Position numbers and translations under genes: made by a program. From a virus (taxonomy: Duplodnaviria; Caudoviricetes), in IMG/VR virus record IMGVR_UViG_3300021387_000147: a stretch of 64,000 bases of DNA. One strand, given 5' to 3'. Positions 57,552 through 64,000 of this stretch are shown in pieces (positions within the stretch are counted from its first letter, which is position 1; each line of letters begins with the position of its first letter). Under the pieces are notes generated by a model that ran no database searches, had not been told where the DNA came from, and saw nothing but the letters and a program-made list of their open reading frames with translations.

Positions 57552-57558
57552 ATAGAGT

Positions 57559-57990
57559 ATGAATTTAGTTGAATACGTACAAAATCTTGCAAGTAAATCT
57601 ACAAATGATCAGTTAGAAAACTTGGTTTTTAAAAAAGTCAAGTTAACTGAATCTGTAGGTTTTATAGAAATAATGAAAACAATCAATCCACAAAAGTGGA
57701 CTGCAAGAATTATTCAGGAAGAAAAATACTTATTTTTTAATAATAAATTTCTAAATGTTAGTAAATTTAAACAAGAGATAGATAAGATTTATTCTGAAAA
57801 TGGATATTCAAATTTTGGTTTTGCCAAGATTCCTGCAGAGGATTTGGTTCGTTATAAGAAGATTAAAGATTTGATAATGCCAACATTTTATGATGTCATG
57901 ACAGATGAAATTGATCCTTCTATAGTTGCTAAGATTTTGTATGATAATGAATATAAAGAATTTGATTGGCAACCTGAGGAGGTGCAATGA
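57559..57990 (+). CDS. Hypothetical late protein
   Basis: 143 aa; MNLVEY...KLTE; late box 4 nt upstream. Confidence 0.65.
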   Translation: MNLVEYVQNLASKSTNDQLENLVFKKVKLTESVGFIEIMKTINPQKWTARIIQEEKYLFFNNKFLNVSKFKQEIDKIYSENGYSNFGFAKIPAEDLVRYKKIKDLIMPTFYDVMTDEIDPSIVAKILYDNEYKEFDWQPEEVQ

Positions 57991-58391
57991 ACGAAACATC
58001 TAAATTGTTAGAAATCCGTTTATTAGTCGATCAAAAAGTAATTGAAGAAACTCTTACTAGAATTGGTATTGTTGATAAAAAGAAAAATATAATTTATCAA
58101 TCATGCCACTTATTAAAACATTTTGATACATTTTTCTTAGCACATTTTAAACAGTTGTTTGTTCTAAGTACTGACAAAAATGGTTATCCAGGATTTGGAA
58201 ATGTATCATTAGAAGATATTCAGAGAAGAAATTCTATTGCTTTTCTACTAATGAAATGGAATATGATTACAATAGTTAATCCATCTGAAATTGAACCACA
58301 TACAACAAAAATTGAAGTAGTTCCATATAAAGATAAAAAGAAATATCAACTTGTTAAAAAGTTTAATACTGAAAATTTAAATAATTTTTAA
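57987..58391 (+). CDS. regA: Translational repressor RegA
   Basis: ETLTRIGI...YQSCHLL...HFKQLF...DIQRRNSIAFLLMKW. Confidence 0.9.
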   Translation: MNETSKLLEIRLLVDQKVIEETLTRIGIVDKKKNIIYQSCHLLKHFDTFFLAHFKQLFVLSTDKNGYPGFGNVSLEDIQRRNSIAFLLMKWNMITIVNPSEIEPHTTKIEVVPYKDKKKYQLVKKFNTENLNNF

Positions 58392-58417
58392 TTTATATTA
58401 TTGTGAGGTGAAATTAA

Positions 58418-59587
58418 ATGCTTAATGCTAGAAATGACAAATCTCTTGTCATTATCATAGTGAGAGACCATTCTGGTTGTTCTCATGTTAGATTAAGATG
58501 GAACGCAATGTATTATAATGGTTTTGACCAAATTGGATTTACTCCAATTATTACGCCACAACCTATTTTTGATGCAACTATCTTAAAACAAACAAAAGCA
58601 ATTATCTATCAGCGTCCAATCGGTGACCAAGATATTGCTGTCCTTCAGGAATATAAAATACATCAAAAGAAATTTGGTTATAAAATAGTTTTCGAATGTG
58701 ATGACCAAATTTTTGATATTGATGGTGAAGGTCTTCCTGAATATAATATGGCATCTGAAGGTTTTAATAAAGATATACAAGGTATCAATGAAAGAGTTGC
58801 TAAAGCAGTTTCTCTTTGTGATGAAATTGTAGTCTCTACTGATTATTTAAAAGATGCATTCATTAAAAAATTCAATTGTCAGAATATCAGAGTAATTCGT
58901 AATGTAGTTCCACGCTTCTTGTGGTCCTATCCACGTAAACCTCATATTACTGAAGATCTTAAAAAGCCAAAGATAATCTATACAGGTTCTCCATGTCACT
59001 ATAGAAATCCATGTCCTCCAAAAGTCGATAGAGATCATCCAGATGGAATTCTTGCAGACTTAGGTGACTTTGATTGTGCATGGAAAGACTGGATAATTAA
59101 AATGGTCAAAGAAGATAAAATTGAATTTACTGTAGTTGGCTCTCAACCTTATTTCTTTGCAGAAATTGCAAATAAGATTAAACAACTACCTTGGAAAGAT
59201 ACTACATCCTATCCAAGACAAGTTTTAGAAGAACATGCTGATTTTGCAATTGCTCCAATTGTAGAAAATCAATTCAATAAATGTAAGTCTTCTCTAAGAT
59301 TTATTGAAGCATGTGCAGCAGGTTCTCTTCTTCTTGGAACAGTCTTCAAAGACAATAAATTCTCGCCTTATGAAGATATTGCAGATCCTTGTAAGTTCTA
59401 TCCAGACGTCACCATGAACGAAATAGATGAACGTTTCTGGGCATTATGTAAGAAAGATAATTATAATTCTATTCTTGATTGGCAATATGACCAATTAAAT
59501 AATAATGGCTGGTGGATGGAATCTACAAAACATGCTGACGAATGGATGTCAATGATTGATGGAAATCCAAATGAAAAATTTATTTAA
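58418..59587 (+). CDS. Glycosyltransferase (GT-B fold)
   Basis: GCSHVRLRW, FECDD, VSTDYL, DFAIAPIVENQFNKCKSSLRFIEACAAG. Confidence 0.85.
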   Translation: MLNARNDKSLVIIIVRDHSGCSHVRLRWNAMYYNGFDQIGFTPIITPQPIFDATILKQTKAIIYQRPIGDQDIAVLQEYKIHQKKFGYKIVFECDDQIFDIDGEGLPEYNMASEGFNKDIQGINERVAKAVSLCDEIVVSTDYLKDAFIKKFNCQNIRVIRNVVPRFLWSYPRKPHITEDLKKPKIIYTGSPCHYRNPCPPKVDRDHPDGILADLGDFDCAWKDWIIKMVKEDKIEFTVVGSQPYFFAEIANKIKQLPWKDTTSYPRQVLEEHADFAIAPIVENQFNKCKSSLRFIEACAAGSLLLGTVFKDNKFSPYEDIADPCKFYPDVTMNEIDERFWALCKKDNYNSILDWQYDQLNNNGWWMESTKHADEWMSMIDGNPNEKFI

Positions 59588-59590
59588 GAG

Positions 59591-59806
59591 GTGAATATGT
59601 TAAAACTATTACGTGAAATTTTTGGTTGCTTTAGTGATCCAGAAGTTTATAAAGATCCAATCGAAGATGTTTCTAAGAATATTGTTTTAGAAGTCCAAGA
59701 TGAAATTGAAGATGAACCTGTGGTAAATCTAAATAAAGAAGCTCCCAAAGATGGTTGGTCTGAGGAAGCAATGAGAGCGGTCACAAAACCTTCAAAATTT
59801 TTTTAA
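59591..59806 (+). CDS. Small hypothetical protein
   Basis: 71 aa, GAGGTG RBS. Confidence 0.6.
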   Translation: MNMLKLLREIFGCFSDPEVYKDPIEDVSKNIVLEVQDEIEDEPVVNLNKEAPKDGWSEEAMRAVTKPSKFF

Positions 59807-59808
59807 TT

Positions 59809-59837
59809 AAAAAAGAGAGCGAAAAGCTCTCTTTTTT
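59809..59837. terminator. Bidirectional terminator
   Basis: A6-GAGAGC-gaaaa-GCTCTC-T6. Confidence 0.85.
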
Positions 59838-59844
59838 AACAATA

Positions 59845-60114
59845 TTAGTTTCTCTTCAAATCAAACTTTTCAATGGCTTCATTATCTATAAGTTCATTTA
59901 TGAACTTTTTAACTTGATCGTTTTCATTGAACCAGAAGAAAAGAGTATTACCAAGACTTGAATCTGTACATACATAATCTTCATTTTTGTCCAAATAAAA
60001 GTTAGATGCCGCTTTATTAGTATAGAATATCAAAGTTAATTTGTATTTATAATTAGCTTCTGTTAATAGATAACCATGTTCTTTTAAAACTTCTTTTGCT
60101 TCTGTTAAATTCAT
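59845..60114 (-). CDS. Putative internal head protein with EHGY leader
   Basis: True start MNLTEAKEVLKEHGYLLTE (GAGGG RBS). Confidence 0.7.
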   Translation of the reverse strand: MNLTEAKEVLKEHGYLLTEANYKYKLTLIFYTNKAASNFYLDKNEDYVCTDSSLGNTLFFWFNENDQVKKFINELIDNEAIEKFDLKRN

Positions 60115-60177
60115 ACTTCCCTCTATATTTTGTATAAATATATTATAAATTATATTATATTTATACGAGGTATAAAA

Positions 60178-60873
60178 ATGGAAGTTATACAACCAAAGAA
60201 ATTGTTAAATGAAAATTGTGACGTTGAAGACATCACAATTCTTAAAGAAGCACATGAAGGTCAACAGACTCCTTCATTGTATATTACTGGTCCATTTATT
60301 GGAGCAGAAAAGAAAAACCGTAATGGTAGAATTTATCCTCTACACATTATTGAAAGAGAAGTTAAAAAGTATCAAGATTTGATTAAAACTTGTCAGTCTG
60401 TAGGTGAATTAAACCACCCAGAAACAGGTGAAATCAATCCAGAACGTGCAGCAATCCTTATTACTGAATTAACTATGAATGGTAATTATGGTATGGGTAA
60501 AGCTCGTGTTTGTACTCACACTCCTATGGGTCAATTACTTCAAGGACTAATTCTTGATGGAATCAAAATGGGTGTTTCTACAAGAGGTACTGGTAATTTA
60601 ACAAATGAATCTATTGTTTGTGATGACTATAACCTAATCACTATTGATGCTGTTTATATGCCATCTTGTCCTGATGCTTATGTAGATGCAGTTAATGAAT
60701 CTGCAAAATGGGTCTTAGATGAAAAATCTGGTCTATTAATTGAAAAGAAAATTTCTATTGATCGAGCAAAAGCAGAATTTGATAAGAAATTAGCTAATAA
60801 AGGTAATGCAGAAACATCAAAAATCGTCGCAGAAGCACTAAAACAATATATCTTTGAATTAAAGAAGCTATAA
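60178..60873 (+). CDS. Prohead protease (T4 gp21-like)
   Basis: LYITGPF...KNRNGRIYP, GELNHP, TPMG, GVSTRGTG, DAVYMPSCPDAYV; start MEVIQ with GAGGT. Confidence 0.95.
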   Translation: MEVIQPKKLLNENCDVEDITILKEAHEGQQTPSLYITGPFIGAEKKNRNGRIYPLHIIEREVKKYQDLIKTCQSVGELNHPETGEINPERAAILITELTMNGNYGMGKARVCTHTPMGQLLQGLILDGIKMGVSTRGTGNLTNESIVCDDYNLITIDAVYMPSCPDAYVDAVNESAKWVLDEKSGLLIEKKISIDRAKAEFDKKLANKGNAETSKIVAEALKQYIFELKKL

Positions 60874-60885
60874 TAGGAGTCAATA

Positions 60886-61329
60886 ATGAATTTATCTGAA
60901 GCAAAACAAGAATTACGCGAACACGGATATAAACTTCTAAAAGAAACCAGACGCATTGGCATGCCAAGACAGGTATTCAATGCAGAAGATCTTAAAGATA
61001 ATACTGTAGATAAAGAAGCTGTTTTAGATGCTCTAAATACTGGTTATATTCTAACAAATAAAAAATCCAGAGAAATTGTAGCTAATTATTTCAAACAACT
61101 ATTAAACACTGATGATGTTCAAGTATATAATAGCTACTATACACAGAAAGTTATAAACCACATGACTTATGAAGACGAAGGTGAAAGACAAGAAAAAGGT
61201 ACTTTCCTAGAAGTCAATGGTCAAACATATTTATTCAAACCTAGCTATCTATATTATGGTGTTGAAAAGAATATGTCTTTCCAAGAATTAGTCAAAACAG
61301 GTAAACTTGAACCTAAAAAGCCTAATTAA
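60886..61329 (+). CDS. Putative internal head protein with EHGY leader
   Basis: MNLSEAKQELREHGYKLLKE. Confidence 0.7.
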   Translation: MNLSEAKQELREHGYKLLKETRRIGMPRQVFNAEDLKDNTVDKEAVLDALNTGYILTNKKSREIVANYFKQLLNTDDVQVYNSYYTQKVINHMTYEDEGERQEKGTFLEVNGQTYLFKPSYLYYGVEKNMSFQELVKTGKLEPKKPN

Positions 61330-61360
61330 ACAGTCTTACTAATAAATTTACATATAAAAT

Positions 61361-61387
61361 AAAAGAGAGTCTTAATCGACTCTCTTT
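61361..61387. terminator. Terminator between convergent blocks
   Basis: AAAGAGAGTC-ttaatc-GACTCTCTTT. Confidence 0.75.
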
Positions 61388-61389
61388 CT

Positions 61390-61641
61390 TTATTTTCTTG
61401 GAAATTCACCTTTCTGTATCTTATCCCAATCATAGTGAATATACATTTTACTCATATCCGCCCAATCAGGAATTGCATCATTTAATTTTTCATTGTAATA
61501 ACTTACTTTCTTGTCTAATTCTGGTGTAGAAGTATCATGCGTCATTACATAATACAAAAACAATCCAAACAATAAAGTTATTACTATTGGAATCAATAAC
61601 TTCAAATGTTCAATTATTTGTGCTTTTATTTCTGGTTTCAT
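61390..61641 (-). CDS. Small membrane protein
   Basis: One TM helix. Confidence 0.65.
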   Translation of the reverse strand: MKPEIKAQIIEHLKLLIPIVITLLFGLFLYYVMTHDTSTPELDKKVSYYNEKLNDAIPDWADMSKMYIHYDWDKIQKGEFPRK

Positions 61642-61949
61642 TCTTGCTTTACCTTATAATTATCTGTCAAATAATATATTTTATTCTTTCTTTTTGATTT
61701 TAATTTATTCATTCTATCATGCTCTCTAATAGCATAGATAGCATCATCTATTGTATGAAATCCCCAATAATATTCCATATCATCTCTAGATATTGTAGTT
61801 TTCTTAATTCCCATATCTCTCAGATAATTGTCTACATCTTCTCTAATATCCATTTCATGCCAAAATAATAAATCTCTATATTCTGGCACATATAGATTAT
61901 GAATTGCTCTATATGATATTCTCCACTTTCTCATTTTATCTCCACACAT
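61638..61949 (-). CDS. Hypothetical protein
   Basis: 103 aa; start may be MRKWRI. Confidence 0.65.
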   Translation of the reverse strand: MCGDKMRKWRISYRAIHNLYVPEYRDLLFWHEMDIREDVDNYLRDMGIKKTTISRDDMEYYWGFHTIDDAIYAIREHDRMNKLKSKRKNKIYYLTDNYKVKQE

Positions 61950-62155
61950 TGAAATCTATGTTTTAATCTAATCTTCTGTCTTTCTTCAAATCTTGGAAAT
62001 CCACTAAGCAATACATCTGTTTTAAATTCTTTACCAGCATTTTCGCATGTTTCTTTACTACTAAATCCATTAATGACAGTAGATGTACCCTTATCAACCT
62101 GCCACATATCTCCTGAAGGACATGCAAATACAGTGAATAAAACCAAAGCCCACAT
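61931..62155 (-). CDS. Small secreted/membrane protein
   Basis: MWALVLF...GFSSKETCENAG...FQCV pattern. Confidence 0.6.
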   Translation of the reverse strand: MWALVLFTVFACPSGDMWQVDKGTSTVINGFSSKETCENAGKEFKTDVLLSGFPRFEERQKIRLKHRFQCVEIK

Positions 62156-62518
62156 TTACTTCAATTCCTTCCAGAATGTTATAACCTTTCCAATCCATAA
62201 TGGCATTGTCAATATTCCAAATGCTAACAATAATGGAATAGCAAATATACCGCATCCACTCAATGTTAACATAATCAAGAAATATGCATAATGCGCAATT
62301 ATATGCTTACTATCAATATAATACCATATAAATCCACATAATGCAGCAATCAAATAACATGCAACTGGTACAATCCATCCAATAGCTATATTACATCCTA
62401 TAACTATCCATCCAATTATACCAACAAATGCAATTATAGTCAAAGTACATCCAATTGCATCATCATCTGCATACGTTGGATCTGTAATAAATTCATGTAT
62501 TTCTTTTAAAGCTTCCAT
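62156..62518 (-). CDS. Multi-pass membrane protein
   Basis: Three to four hydrophobic helices. Confidence 0.7.
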   Translation of the reverse strand: MEALKEIHEFITDPTYADDDAIGCTLTIIAFVGIIGWIVIGCNIAIGWIVPVACYLIAALCGFIWYYIDSKHIIAHYAYFLIMLTLSGCGIFAIPLLLAFGILTMPLWIGKVITFWKELK

Positions 62519-62520
62519 TT

Positions 62521-62961
62521 TTATTCCTTTTCAAACTTCTTCTTTAATCTTAAATACTGTTCGTATTCTTTTTGTTCAACTTCTTTCTTCAATCGTGCTT
62601 GTCTTATTTTCTCAGCTTCTAACTTGCGCTTATAATCTTCTGCTTTCTTTTTCTTATCATAATCAACAATTTTATTGATTTCCTCATCTGTTAAACATAA
62701 AGCATATTTATCAATTCGGCATACCCAACTATCATCATTATCATAACATTCCATTCCTAGAAACAATGTAGGAGAATTATTAGAATTCTCTATAAAGTCT
62801 TCCTTATCATAAGCACCATTAGAAAAACACTGTTTAACATGAGGCGTAATAGCGCTTATTGATGATGAATCTACATCCTGTAATGCATGACTAATCTGGA
62901 CAATACGATTCTTAATCTTATTATCCAAATCAATATATTGTTCAATTTCTTCTTTAGTCAT
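62521..62961 (-). CDS. Hypothetical protein with coiled-coil tail
   Basis: Ends EYEQYLRLKKKFE; AGGAG RBS. Confidence 0.7.
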   Translation of the reverse strand: MTKEEIEQYIDLDNKIKNRIVQISHALQDVDSSSISAITPHVKQCFSNGAYDKEDFIENSNNSPTLFLGMECYDNDDSWVCRIDKYALCLTDEEINKIVDYDKKKKAEDYKRKLEAEKIRQARLKKEVEQKEYEQYLRLKKKFEKE

Positions 62962-62972
62962 TTCAATATCTC

Positions 62973-63137
62973 CTACTTTTTCATTTCATAGATAAATGCT
63001 TCTCTATTATTTGGTGCAGAACGACACCATTCATCTGCTAATCTTTTTGCTTCATCACGTGTAGGTATACAATCTACATGATCTATTGTTTCTGCTACTT
63101 GCATACTCGGTCTACTTGTTATTATAACTCCATACAT
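62973..63137 (-). CDS. Small hypothetical protein (54 aa)
   Basis: Below cutoff; MYGVIITSRPS...TRDEAKRLADEW. Confidence 0.55.
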   Translation of the reverse strand: MYGVIITSRPSMQVAETIDHVDCIPTRDEAKRLADEWCRSAPNNREAFIYEMKK

Positions 63138-63142
63138 ATCTT

Positions 63143-63625
63143 CTATTCCTCATTATTCTTAATATAATTCTTATCGTATACTATCTTTTCATTAAGACCT
63201 ATACATTGAATTTCACTATATTTAGCTATCTTTTTCGTTATAGCTTTTACTTCTTCTTTCTTACTTCTATACAATTCTAGTAATTTCTTTCTTTCTTCAA
63301 ATAATTCAATCACTTTATCTTCATTACATTCAATTCTTCCATCATTACTAAAATGTACTACAGGTCTCTTTATCCAATCTATTATATCCTCTACATCAAT
63401 ATGAAATTCAAAATAATAAAATAACCATCTATTCCATTCATGATTATATTTTATTTGAGTAATTACAGTACATCCATCCAATATAGCATAACTAATTTCT
63501 CTTCCATATCCAGTACTTATAGAAAATTCATATCCATTCTTTTTACAATAATTATTTAAAATCTTTTCTACATTATGCGTATAATACTCATATCCGTGGA
63601 ATTTTTTTCCATATTCATATTTCAT
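63143..63625 (-). CDS. Hypothetical protein with C-terminal-motif variant
   Basis: Start MKYEYG (AGGAG); YCKKNGY near N-terminus, KYSEIQCIG near C-terminus. Confidence 0.65.
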   Translation of the reverse strand: MKYEYGKKFHGYEYYTHNVEKILNNYCKKNGYEFSISTGYGREISYAILDGCTVITQIKYNHEWNRWLFYYFEFHIDVEDIIDWIKRPVVHFSNDGRIECNEDKVIELFEERKKLLELYRSKKEEVKAITKKIAKYSEIQCIGLNEKIVYDKNYIKNNEE

Positions 63626-63641
63626 ATTTTCTCCTAGGGAC

Positions 63642-64000
63642 AAAAAATTTCCCCCGAAAATTTTTTCAAAGGCAACTTTTCAAAAAACTAATTTCATTCC
63701 AGGATTCTGGCCTGTGTCAAAATTTTCCCGGAAAAATTTTTTAGGGCGCATACAGACGCAGACAAAAATCGCCTCATATAGCCCAGGGGCCAGTAGCAGG
63801 CCCCGGAATGGATAGAAAATGCTCCTATACTATAATTTTGAACAATCAAAATTATTACTTTGCACAGGGCCGTCAGGCAGGGGGCCCCTGGGACGTCCTG
63901 GGAGGGGGCCCCTGGTAGGCCGGCAGGTTGTCATTATAGTTGACAATATGCGCTTATATTGTCATTGAAAATGTCATTATATAGTGTCAATAAAAATGTC
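63642..64000. other. GC-richer non-coding repeat region (origin/terminus candidate)
   Basis: A/T-arm hairpins, AGGGGGCCCCTGG at 63879 and 63903, TGTCA repeats. Confidence 0.5.

Noticed and set aside
1-64000. Stop-codon reassignment as in some large gut phages
   Set aside because: Core genes are full length in code 11 and TAG/TGA terminate genes at sensible places (scaffold, uvsW)
1-64000. CRISPR array, tRNA genes, integrase, reverse transcriptase/DGR
   Set aside because: No repeat-spacer periodicity, cloverleaf or relevant protein motifs seen by eye

Overview
AT-rich 64-kb segment of a large T4-like (contractile-tailed) bacteriophage read in the standard genetic code. It holds a scrambled virion-morphogenesis region: neck gp13, DNA-end protector gp2, gp25, major capsid gp23, scaffold gp22, tube gp19, portal gp20, baseplate gp6/gp53/gp26/gp7-like, gp15, protease gp21, plus UvsW, RegA, a collagen fibre module, about six glycosyltransferase-like genes and three blocks of small early genes. 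Strongest unexplained signals: (1) 11 consecutive divergent genes (3741-8685) ending in one C-terminal motif K-x-x-x-I-x-[SNH]-I-[CAG]; (2) five dispersed proteins with an N-terminal M-x-L-x-EA-x3-L-x-EHGY...L-x-E leader, a likely capsid-targeting peptide; (3) a putative polyprotein carrying a 21/26-identical copy of the predicted mature N-terminus of the major capsid protein; (4) a hairpin-rich non-coding region behind a late promoter (26885-27540) and a separate ~75-nt promoter/terminator-bounded RNA (35004-35078) partly complementary to it; (5) nine genes whose ATG lies exactly 4 nt after the late box (leaderless mRNAs); (6) paired GTAAA-N6-TTTAC palindromes upstream of three early promoters. 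All family calls are from motif recognition by eye; no searches were run and the host cannot be determined from this window.
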